From NCBI GenBank assembly GCA_044892505.1, contig CM097882.1:72602001-72666000 (forward strand): a DNA stretch of 64,000 nucleotides. Direction: 5' to 3'. Shown here one piece after another: positions 13,169-23,026 of the stretch. The DNA comes from Schmidtea nova (taxonomy: Eukaryota). The stretch's first letter is position 1; every line of letters starts with the position of its first letter. A program made the position numbers and the translations under genes. The notes beneath the pieces are model-generated. The model had not been told where the DNA came from, did not search any database, and was given only the letters and a program-made list of their open reading frames with translations.

Positions 13169-13599
13169 GGAGAGAGCCAATTTGACGTCGTGGAACCTCG
13201 TAGCTTCACACGGTGGTTTACCTTTTTATAAAGAGTAATAATTTAGAGAGAACTGGTGAAGTCGATGAATCTTTAAACAATGCGTTTTATTTTTGTAAAG
13301 AAAAAGAATGACTTTTGAAGTTTAAAACTTTATTTAAGAAATCTTGGTACTATTTATAGTATAGTATAATAGTATAGTACTATTTATACTATTTATAGCC
13401 GACACCAGCACAATCAGCAAAGCTTCTTGGGAAAACAATAAACAATGATTTCATCTGAGGACCCAGTCAATCAAGCATAATCAATCACACATGCAGGAAT
13501 GACACAATATATAATAAGGGTTAGGAAAAATCAAATATCCCATTATAATTACATCACATCCCCCTCGTTTTAAATGGCTCTAGCCATTCACATTTCTAG

Positions 13600-16500
13600 T
13601 AATACATTTATTATCAGCATTCTTTAATAAATAACTATTTTTATTATATTTTTCCATTATTTAAAAAAGGTCCGCAATACCTGTTATCTTGCTTGTTTCT
13701 GATATCTTCCTTGACAAGTACCAATTCACCGACTCCAAAAGATCTATTTATTCGATTTTCCTGTTTATAATTATATTTACGATTCAATGATTTAATATTC
13801 AATGCTATTTCATGTTTCTTTCGTTCTTTAGCATTAATTTCTGGACCATTAGTAAAACGCTCTTTGCAAAATTTCCTTCCATAAATTACTTCAACAGGAC
13901 TAACTTTTATACTTGACTGCATTGTTGAATTCAATGCAAATTCTATATGAGGCTATGCTTCTTCCCATTTCTTAAATTGTTTCTCTTCCAAACAGCAGGA
14001 AATCCAGTCTCTTAGCGTTTTAAATTGCCTTTCAATTTGTCCATTAGATTGATGATGATAAGGACTTAAATAAACAATCTTCAAGTGATACTTTACTGTC
14101 ATATTTTTAAAAGCTTGGGATTCGAAACATTTTCCTTTATCAACATGAATTTCCTTTGGCGGTCAAAACTTTAATATCCGCGAACTTTCCACATTATCAA
14201 TTACTGTCTTTTCTCCTTGTGTTCTTACAGCTTTTAATACTATATATTTACTAAAATGATCTATTATAGCCATCACATATCTTTTGCCAGATGGTGTCAT
14301 TTTAAAAGGGCCACAAAAATCAATATATAATTTTTAAATGGTTCATGCTTAATTAGTTTTTCAATAACTTCTTTTGTTTTACCAGTGAATGTTTTACGTT
14401 TCTGGCAAATTTCACAAGTTGTGATAATTCTCTTAATACTTTTGTCCATTTCTTGGAAATTATAATAATTCTTTATGTAGCTTTCCGTTTTATTGATTCT
14501 TGCATGACACAATTCTTTATGGATTTCTAGTATAAAATCATTTTTCAAATATGAAGGAATATATATTTTATGAGTCATAATAATTCCATTATCCACATAA
14601 TAATATTCAGTTTTGCCGTTCTGAATGTTTTCTTTTATTTCCATTATTTCTTCAGAATTACTTTGCAATTTAAATGTTTGATCTTCTATCGACATTGCTT
14701 AAATTTTAGTTTTAATTTTTTCTGCTTTAGCATCAATATGATTCATCTGACATTGTGTGCAATTTCCAATATTCAGTCGTGATAGTGCATCCGCATTATT
14801 GTGTTTCTCACCTTTGCGATATTCTAATTTCATGTCAAAACTACTTAAAAAATTTATCCAATTTTGAAACTGAGCTGTAATTTGTTTTTTTGTAGTTAAC
14901 ATAAATGTGATTGCCTTATGATCAGTTCTTAAAATAAATTTTTTCCCTACAGATAATGTTTAAAATGCTGTGTAAAATGGAAAACAGATAATAATTCCTT
15001 TCTTGTTATACAGTACCCAATTTCATGTTTATTCATACTTTTTAAACCATATGCGATTATCTTTTCTTCATTATCGTCACCTCTTTGCGATAAAACAGCA
15101 CCAATACAATCAAAACTAGCATCGGTGTCTAAAATGAACGTTTTATTAAAATCCGGATGACATAGTAATGGTGCACCGATCAAACTATGTTTTAACTCGT
15201 CAAAAGCTGTTTTACATTGTGATGTCCAAATAATACTTTTGCTTTTACCTCCAATTAATGATTTCAATGGCCTATCTATTTTTGAGTAATTTTGAATAAA
15301 TTTCCTATAGTAATTACACAATCCTAAAAAGCTCCTAAGATGTTTCACACAATTAGGCTGCTTTACATTTTTAATTGTTTCAATCTTATACACATCTGTT
15401 TTAATACTTTTTTCATTAATTATATGACCAAGAAACTTAATTCAGATACTAGGAACTTGCATTTCTCAGGGTTTATTTTTAGTCCAGATTTCCTAATTCT
15501 AAGGAAAAGCTTATTTATTCTTTCTTTTTGTTCTTCAATAGTTTTCGAAAAGATCAGTATGTCATCTAAATGGACTAATGCTTCATTCCACATCATATCT
15601 CCAACTATTAATGTCATAAGTTTTTGAAACGTTGATGGTGCGGCTGCTATTCCAAAAGGCATCCTATTAAAGCAGAATTGGCCCTGTCTTGTAGAAAATG
15701 CTGTTTTCAATTTACTCTCTTCATCCAATTCAACTTGATAATAAGCATTTCCTAAGTCGATCGATGAAAAATATTTGGCCCCATACAAAGAATCTAGCAT
15801 TTCATCAACATTGGGAATTAAAAAAGCTGGTCTAACTGTATTTCAATTTAAAATCCTAAAATCCAAACACATTCGAATTTCAGAAGTTCCTTTTTTTGGC
15901 ACACATACTATTGGTGAATTCCAAGGTGATTCACATTTCTCTATAATTTTATTTTCTTCTGGGTTTTTAACAATTTCCTCTAGTTTTTCTTCATAGTGCA
16001 TTGGTTGTCGTCGTGGCTTAATTGGTATTGAATTGCAGTTAGTTTCTATTCTGTGCTTTAAAATATCTGTTTTGCCTATATCCCATTTATTACACATAAA
16101 AATATCTGAGAATTCAATAACTTTTTCATATATCGGATTGCATCTTTCAATTTTCAATATTTCATTAATAAATTTATTTTTATTATTTAATTTTAAATTA
16201 TTACCAAATTTTGCTTGCAAACTGAGGACATTTTCAATACAAAATTCAACTAACTTAATATTTAAAGAATTCAATATATCTATTTCTATAATTACTTCTG
16301 GGTATATTTCCTCTGCAATGAAAAATTCTCCAGTTATTTCTTTATTGTTGAGCTCTAACCTTAAAGAAACTTTCCCTAAAATCCCTAACATGCTACCGTT
16401 GGCACAAGATATCTTTCTATTTCCTTCATTAAAATATTTTAAATTCAAGTTTTAAGTAATCGTTTTAGATAAAACACTTATTTTTGCTCCTGTGTCAAAT

Positions 16501-16642
16501 AATGAATTAAAAGTCACATTATTTAATTTAACATTATTAAATGGTCTGCCATCTACCTTACAATATCCTATATCAAATATATCTTTAATAACATTTACAC
16601 TCGGTCATTTTAACGTTTTATTAAATATATTTAAAATGCAAT
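13600..16642 (-). pseudogene. pol: G1 pol (protease, RT, RNase H, integrase), fragmented
   Basis: LFDTGAKISV, DLGNAYYQV, MPFGIAAAP, VHLDD, LDTDAS, HKELCH...CEIC, GQIERQFKT; multiple stops and frameshifts. Confidence 0.92.
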
Positions 16643-16733
16643 TGTAGGAAGAATGTAATATTAAACAATTAATGTTGTTTTAATATGATGAAAATGTGAT
16701 AAAAATATAATTTGAAAAACGTTGTGTTTTACA

Positions 16734-16745
16734 AGCTATCCGGGC
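16734..16745 (+). promoter_or_regulatory. Primer-binding site AGCTATCCGGGC (complement of tRNA-Lys(UUU) nt 1-12)
   Basis: Abuts the 5' LTR terminal CA; identical 12-mer at the same position in the element at 37269-37280; metazoan tRNA-Lys(UUU) 5' sequence GCCCGGATAGCT recalled from memory. Confidence 0.8.
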
Positions 16746-16746
16746 A

Positions 16747-17463
16747 ATGGAAATCAACAAGATCATAATTGAAAATGTTGGAAAATTCGATGGCAAAAAT
16801 ACAGATGTGGAAGAATGGTTCGACAAACTCGAAATTATTTTGGAAGCCAAGAATGTGAAAAATGTCATGAACGTAATGCCATTTTTACTTGAAGGGCAAT
16901 CTTATGCAGTTTTCAAACAGTTAAAGAAAAGCAATACGACAATGGAGTTTGGTATGCTGAAGAAGGAATTATTGAAAACCTTCGGTATGAGCGATCAAGA
17001 AGCTTTTACGAAACTTTTACAGAAAAAGTTATTAATGGGTGATAACATGGATGTCCATGTAAATGAATTAAGGTCACTGTTGGAATGTTCAGGTGATCTA
17101 TTAACCCGATTTTTTGTAAATAGCTTACCAAGTGATTTGGCAAATCAACTAAAGATGTCAACAGCGTCAACAATGAATGAGTTAGTCGCTCAAGCAAAGA
17201 AAATTGCAAGTCATCAAATTTATGACAATGAAACGGTTGCAGTAGTAGTACCAAGATCAGATAATGGAAGACAAGCCAATCGAAAATGTTATATATGCAA
17301 TAGTGCTAATCATGTGGTAAGATACTGTCCAGAAAGACGTAACATCAGATGTGCAAAATGCGGTATTATGGGACATATTTCAAGGTTTTGCAAGTCGGGA
17401 AAAGATCAAGGGGCTACACACAATGTGGAGTCGGGTGTGGCCCCAAGAATTGTGAATATGTGA
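16747..17463 (+). CDS. gag: Gag with two CCHC zinc knuckles
   Basis: 238 aa; CYICNSANHVVRYC and CAKCGIMGHISRFC. Confidence 0.95.
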   Translation: MEINKIIIENVGKFDGKNTDVEEWFDKLEIILEAKNVKNVMNVMPFLLEGQSYAVFKQLKKSNTTMEFGMLKKELLKTFGMSDQEAFTKLLQKKLLMGDNMDVHVNELRSLLECSGDLLTRFFVNSLPSDLANQLKMSTASTMNELVAQAKKIASHQIYDNETVAVVVPRSDNGRQANRKCYICNSANHVVRYCPERRNIRCAKCGIMGHISRFCKSGKDQGATHNVESGVAPRIVNM

Positions 17464-19940
17464 GACTCCTAAAAGTAAATGGTAATGTAAAAGCATGTTT
17501 AGTTGATTCGGGCAGTACTACCACTATAGTAAAAGGAAATCCACGAAAATCTATGACTGCGGTAGCGATGCTTGATGGTTCAATCATATACGCTGAGCGA
17601 AGTAAAGTTGATATATGGGTTGGAGATACGTTATTTAATATTGATTGTTTAATATACCCGAAACTGGTATCCAATTATGATGTAATTTTAGGAGTGAATG
17701 CTATTAATAGGTTTGGTGGAGTTCGATTGAATAAAGAAGCCATATTCGGTTGTGAAGAAGCACTTTGTCACGTAGCGTGCTCTAGTAGTAGCATGTCAGA
17801 AATATTGAAGGAAAATTTCTCTGCGAAATTTGAAAACGAGAAATGGATTGTCAAATGGGATTGGAAGTCAGAGCCACCGAAATTTCTACCTAATAGAAAT
17901 TCAAACTTTTATGATAATTGTAGTAAGGATCAGGAGACGATGCGAATCTTGAACTCTTGGATATCTAACAGTTATCTAGTTGATTATGACGAGAAAACAA
18001 TGGGCAAACCGATCGGATCAGTACCTATTTATGGTATAATTCAGTTAAATAAAGCGAAAGTGCGTCCAGTATTTGACTTTAGGAGTATCAATAAATATAT
18101 TGATGTATATATTGGGAATGCAGATATCTGTTCTGAAAAATTACGATCATGGAGATGTTTAAGTAAAGAATTTGCAATGTTAGATTTATCTGATGCATAT
18201 ATGCAAATACACGTGGATAAAAGTATGTGGCGATATCAATCTTGTATGGTTAACGGGAAGAGATATGCGCTTACGAGAATGGGATTTGGATTGAATATCG
18301 CGCCAACGATAATGACAGAGATTGTGAATAAAGTATTGAACAACAATGAATCAATCAAGAATAGCACAAGTTCATACATAGACGATATATTCGTAGATGA
18401 ATCTAAAGTCAAAGCAAGTAAAGTAAGTGCAGAAATGCGTAAATTTGGTTTGATATGTAAAGAAGAAGAAAAGGTCAAGGATACTCTCAGTATAAGAGTA
18501 TTAGGTATTGATGTATTTCGAAAGAATAATGAACTACATTGGAAAAGATCGAACGATATTCGAATGAATGAATTGAATGAAGGGCTTTCAAGAAGAGAGC
18601 TGTATTCGTTATGTGGCCAGTTAGTTGGAATTTATCCTGTGTCTGGATGGTTGCGGCCAGCTTGCTCATATATCAAGAGGCTATCCAGTGGAAATTGGGA
18701 TGATTCAATAGAAAATCATATCGTTGACAAAGTAAAATGGTTATTAGAAAGAGTGAATGAAAGAGATCCATTGTCAAGTATTTGGAGTGTTCCCAGCAAC
18801 CAGACAGGCATAATTTGGTGTGATGCAAGTTCGATCGCCATTGGAATTGTATTAGAAATGGGAGGTTCAGTGGTTGAAGATGCGTGTTGGTTGCGAAAAC
18901 CTGATGATTCAAGACACATTAATTTGGTGGAATTAGAAGCGATTGTGAAGGGTATTAATTTATGTATTAAATGGAAGTTAAAGTACATCAAAATTAAATC
19001 CGATAGTAAATCAGTTGTATGTTGGGTTAACAGCATATTATCAAGCGACAGAAAAATACATACAAAAGCAAATTCAGAGTTGTTAATACGACGAAGGCTG
19101 GAGCTTTTAAAAGATTTAGCGACCGAGTATGAACTTAAAATGGACATTGAGTTTGTATCTACAGAAAATAACAAGGCTGATGTATTAACGAGAGTACCAG
19201 CCAACTGGATGATTATTAAAAAAGAAGTCGCAGCTCTAGGCAATCAAAAAAGCTCAAAAGATGTGTTATTAGAGATTCACAAGAATTGCCACGTAGGGAA
19301 AAATCGTATGCGATTCTTAGCATCGGAAGCGGGGCTACTGAATGTGGATAATGAGATCTCAGAAATAATTGCAAGTTGTAATCAATGCTTATCAATTGAC
19401 CCAGCGCCAGTAACGTGGGAAAAAGGTGAACTAAGCTGTGATGAAAATTGGTGCCGTTTAGCAATTGATGTAGCTAAATTTGCTAAAGATAAATATTTGA
19501 CAATTATTGATTGTGGACCATCGAGATATGCAATCTGGAAGAAAATTAAGTATGAAAATGTAGAAGAGATATGTAATGCTTTAAATGAAGTGTTATATGA
19601 AAGAGGAGCTCCAAGTGAAATATTGTTAGATAATTACTTATCTTTTAGATCTAGAAAATTTCAAGAATTAGCAGATAAATGGAATGTTGAGTTGGTATTT
19701 AGAACAGTGAACCGTCCAGGGGGAAACGGGATCATTGAACGCAGCCATCGGACAATCAAATCGCTAGCAGCTAGGTCCTCAGGATCAATCGCAGAAGCTG
19801 TGTACTGGTTCAACAATACACCAAACAACAATAATATTTGTCCATCTAGAGCTATATTTAGATATAATCCAAAGCTGAATTTGCCAAGTTACAATAAAAA
19901 AGAGTTGTTAAAGATTCAGATGAATCTGGTGGGGATGTAG
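17349..19940 (+). CDS. pol: Pol (PR-RT-RNase H-IN), -1 frame relative to gag
   Basis: LVDSGS protease; DLSDAY, MGFGLNIAP, YIDD RT; CDASS, LVELEA, KSDS, NKAD RNase H; H-H-C-C and D-D-E (AIDV, LLDN, IIERS) integrase; stop codon lies inside the 3' LTR. Confidence 0.96.
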   Translation: MCKMRYYGTYFKVLQVGKRSRGYTQCGVGCGPKNCEYVRLLKVNGNVKACLVDSGSTTTIVKGNPRKSMTAVAMLDGSIIYAERSKVDIWVGDTLFNIDCLIYPKLVSNYDVILGVNAINRFGGVRLNKEAIFGCEEALCHVACSSSSMSEILKENFSAKFENEKWIVKWDWKSEPPKFLPNRNSNFYDNCSKDQETMRILNSWISNSYLVDYDEKTMGKPIGSVPIYGIIQLNKAKVRPVFDFRSINKYIDVYIGNADICSEKLRSWRCLSKEFAMLDLSDAYMQIHVDKSMWRYQSCMVNGKRYALTRMGFGLNIAPTIMTEIVNKVLNNNESIKNSTSSYIDDIFVDESKVKASKVSAEMRKFGLICKEEEKVKDTLSIRVLGIDVFRKNNELHWKRSNDIRMNELNEGLSRRELYSLCGQLVGIYPVSGWLRPACSYIKRLSSGNWDDSIENHIVDKVKWLLERVNERDPLSSIWSVPSNQTGIIWCDASSIAIGIVLEMGGSVVEDACWLRKPDDSRHINLVELEAIVKGINLCIKWKLKYIKIKSDSKSVVCWVNSILSSDRKIHTKANSELLIRRRLELLKDLATEYELKMDIEFVSTENNKADVLTRVPANWMIIKKEVAALGNQKSSKDVLLEIHKNCHVGKNRMRFLASEAGLLNVDNEISEIIASCNQCLSIDPAPVTWEKGELSCDENWCRLAIDVAKFAKDKYLTIIDCGPSRYAIWKKIKYENVEEICNALNEVLYERGAPSEILLDNYLSFRSRKFQELADKWNVELVFRTVNRPGGNGIIERSHRTIKSLAARSSGSIAEAVYWFNNTPNNNNICPSRAIFRYNPKLNLPSYNKKELLKIQMNLVGM
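17397..17444 (+). promoter_or_regulatory. -1 ribosomal frameshift signal
   Basis: G GGA AAA heptamer in gag frame (17397-17403), 6-nt spacer, 10-bp stem GGGGCTACAC / GTGTGGCCCC. Confidence 0.8.
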
Positions 19941-20201
19941 GAAGAATGTAATATTAAACAATTAATGTTGTTTTAATATGATGAAAATGTGATAAAAATA
20001 GAATTTGAAAAACGTTGTGTTTTACAGCAATCATTTTTATAACAATCACTCACAAATATACAGTCATTCTCAGTATTAATTAAATAAAAATCATTATCAG
20101 ATTTTTGATTGGGAAAAAATCAACATTAACATTATCAAACAAACAATCAACCAAACAATCATTACATTTAACATTTAGGGTCCTCAAAAATTTATCATTG
20201 C

Positions 20202-21369
20202 TTACATGTGATTTATCGCTCCTAACATATCCCCTCTGCTCGGAGCTTTGGCATTTCCCGATATCTCTGACTGTCCATCATAGTCTCTGGATTCGTCATC
20301 ATCTACTGCAACCACGTGATCTCCATAGTTTCGATCATTTTCTTGATTAGAACTTCGATTGTATCGATTGAAATTTCCATTGTTTTGATTCGAAGTTCTT
20401 TGAAATCTCATCTCGTAGTGATGTTGTTTCTGAAAACATTGAAAACTTAAATGACCTGCTTTTCCACAACACGAACAACGAATATTTGGGTATTCCCGAC
20501 GAATATGACCAATTTCACGGCATGCGTAACATTGCACTTTTGAATATTCATCTGAACTTCGATTTTGATAATTGTTTCTATTTTGAGGTCTTCCACTGAA
20601 ATTTCTACTGAAATTCCTTTGATAATCTGATCTTCCTTGAAATTGATTTCTTTGTAATTTTGAAAATTCATTTTTCTTATCAATTTGATTTCGCTGATTT
20701 CCATAACTATTTCTTTTTTCATTGGAATTGTATTGACCGTTTTTCACAATTGACGCGTAAGAGGCATTTCCAACGGCTGAAATTTGTTGTATCTTTGATT
20801 TATCTTCATCCAATTTCTGTAAAATTCTTTTAATATATTTATTTGCCGTTGGATCTTTCTGTACTGACTCTCCATCATTTCTGAAATCTTTTTTCGATAA
20901 TTTTACTTTCAGCAAATCTTCCATCATTTACTATCTTTTTATTTCACGTTTTTCTTCTTCATTATCAAGACAATGCTTTATGAAGAATGTTGTCAAATTT
21001 GACATTGTTAGCTTGTGCTTCAGAATTCTTTGAACTCCTTTCTCAATTTTGCTGATGTGTTTCTGCATCATCTTCTCTTTTTCGATAATTTAGCAAATTT
21101 TCCAAATCCTTAGCTAAATCCTGGTTTACTTCGAACACTAGTCTAAGCCTTTTCACATAATCTTCTTCATCTGGAATCTTGTCATATTTGTTGCGGCAAT
21201 TTTCGTCCAAATAAGCTCGAACAATTACCTTTCTGTGACTATTGTCTAACTGAATAATTGAAAAGTATGATTCAATCTTCTCAATAAATTCTTCCAAATC
21301 GTCTCCAATTGAATAGATTTTTGACTGTGGGAGAATCCGTAATAATTCCTGAGTTGAAAGCGTGGTCAC
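20202..21369 (-). pseudogene. gag: G1 gag (frameshifted near 21050), two CCHC knuckles
   Basis: ORFs 21043-21369 and 20202-20927; CYACREIGHIRREY (last Cys lost) and CSCCGKAGHLSFQC. Confidence 0.9.
20218..20259 (-). promoter_or_regulatory. -1 frameshift signal of G1
   Basis: G GGA AAT heptamer in gag frame, 6-nt spacer, stem GCTCCGAGCA / TGTTAGGAGC. Confidence 0.65.
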
Positions 21370-22035
21370 CCTGTAAAGAATAAGAATGACTTTTGAAGTT
21401 CTAAATTTTTATTTAAGAAATCTTGGTACTATTTATAGTACCCGGTGTGCTGACACCAGCACAATCAGCAAAGCTTCTTGTGAAAATAATAAACAATGAT
21501 GTCATCTGAGGACCCAGTCAATCAAGCATAATCAATCACACATGCAGGCATGACACAATATATAATAAGGGTTAGGAAAATCAAATATCCCACTATAATT
21601 ACATCACAAGTTTAGTAAATTATTTCGTTGCACATAGTGATAATCGCGGCACGGGGTATAGTGAAACAGGAGACGGGCGCGAAATTTAATACCACATCAT
21701 TTTCATACAGAGGGGCTGGAAATACTGCAGTAAATAAATCAGCGGTTCAAAGATACATGTTTGCGTTATCTCGTAAATGGGTTAAATCTTTTAGTCGAAA
21801 ACACGGTTAGGATAGGTAATAACTCTCAGACAATACATCGAGACAGATAGAAGGGGAAATATTGAGAAAATAAATGGGTTTCCAAACGTAATCACTCCAA
21901 CAGTTGTTCACCAATTTATTGCGTATCGTTTTCAGCCACATGCCACTCGCAAGAATCTAGATCAATCAATCGAAACCATCTATATAAATTTTCACCTGAC
22001 AGATCGAACGAATCGATAATTTTCAGATAAACAAT

Positions 22036-22119
22036 ATGAGAGCAGTTAACGAATTCATGCACATGTATAAACATTTCCGCAGACAACGAAGGTCAAGATC
22101 TGGACGCGGATGCGAATGA
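22036..22119 (+). CDS. 27-aa arginine-rich micro-ORF in element C
   Basis: MRAVNEFMHMYKHFRRQRRSRSGRGCE; candidate splice acceptor TTTTCAG about 10 nt upstream; may be an exon or a chance ORF. Confidence 0.3.
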   Translation: MRAVNEFMHMYKHFRRQRRSRSGRGCE

Positions 22120-22149
22120 CGCGTAGATTACATACCGTTACCATTAACA

Positions 22150-22328
22150 ATCCTGATCGCTGTAGATAGCGCAGGAACTAATTGAAATTTTATATGATAG
22201 TTATCTTAATCGCTGTAGATAGCGCAGGAATGCCACAATAAATTTTATATCCTGATCGCTGTACATAGCGCAGGAAAACATAGATTAAATACACAAATGT
22301 ATTCCGATCGCGGTACATAGCGACGGGG
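22150..22328 (+). repeat. Array of four 28-nt hairpin repeats with 25, 18 and 24 nt spacers
   Basis: Consensus ATCCTGATCGCTGTA(G/C)ATAGCGCAGGAA at 22150, 22203, 22249 and 22301 (last most diverged). Confidence 0.92.
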
Positions 22329-22415
22329 TTAATTAATAAATTGATTTTTTTAAAATAATTTTGTGATAAAATTAATTAATATCTAAACCATGAATTTAAA
22401 CTCACCATAACACAG

Positions 22416-22901
22416 ATGTCAGTAGGAAAAGTAAAACAAATGTTAATCGATTATAGACGATCTTCGGAGTGAGTTGATGTCGGAATCGATGCAAAGAGGC
22501 TGAAGGATTTGCCGTCTCCAATATTACGGATGGTCAACGCATAAATGTTTAATGCTCGTTCTCAGAAATACCCGTTCTCAGTTTGGGCTAATGATAACGA
22601 TAGCATATTGTATCGAGGAGGCCCGGGATGGCCGATTTCTAGCCAGACCTATTCGCCAAAGTTCGGGCGTCTCGTGATAACCGTGAAGGGCTCCGATGGA
22701 AGACCCTCGCAGGTGATATATTGGGGACATATCCCCCGAAGTGAATTGAAGGAACTAGGGCTTCAGTCGTTTATCCCACCTCGCTTATTTGGGAAAGAGT
22801 ATGAAAATAACCAACCAAATTTCTCTCTGGCGAGGTTACGCCAAGCTGCCATCAACGAAGGACTCCACCTAGCTTATAAAGTCATTACAAATGAACATTA
22901 G
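22416..22901 (+). pseudogene. Orphan ORF of element C (161 codons with two in-frame stops; 22545-22901 open)
   Basis: ATG 22416 is in frame with ORF 22545; TGA and TAA interrupt; AATAAA follows at about 22924; no recognisable domain. Confidence 0.5.
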
Positions 22902-23026
22902 TGTCGTCGTGTGATGCATTGATAATAAAAATTTTGATTTGACTGTTAAATTTTTATATTGTATATTAAACTAAATTTTCGTAGTCTTTATCAAAGTAAA
23001 GCTTCAACACTTCTTAAAATTTTAGT

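Larger units (their letters stand above)
16643..20026 (+). mobile_element. Young, apparently intact mini LTR retrotransposon (Ty3/gypsy-type domain order), 3384 bp
   Basis: 91-bp LTRs 16643-16733 and 19936-20026 differing at 1 base; perfect 5-bp TSD GCAAT; PPT GGTGGGGA; uninterrupted gag and pol. Confidence 0.97.
13294..21608 (-). mobile_element. Decayed full-length Ty3/gypsy LTR retrotransposon (G1)
   Basis: LTRs 13294-13558 and 21372-21608 (TG...CA, largely identical apart from an indel block); PPT CGAGGGGGA next to 3' LTR; PBS-like GGGTGACCACG; TSD ATTTT/AGTTT (1 mismatch); gag-PR-RT-RH-IN order. Confidence 0.95.

Noticed and set aside
16643-16745. Tf1-type self-priming for the mini-element
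   Set aside because: No GCCCGGATAGCT-like complement anywhere in the LTR.
17414-19464. Antisense ORFs over pol (and similar shadow ORFs over other TE coding regions)
   Set aside because: Opposite-strand shadows of real ORFs with no motifs.
22150-22328. Bona fide CRISPR array
   Set aside because: Eukaryotic TE context, no cas genes, only four repeats, short unequal spacers (18-25 nt), two of which share AAATTTTATAT; kept as a hairpin repeat array.
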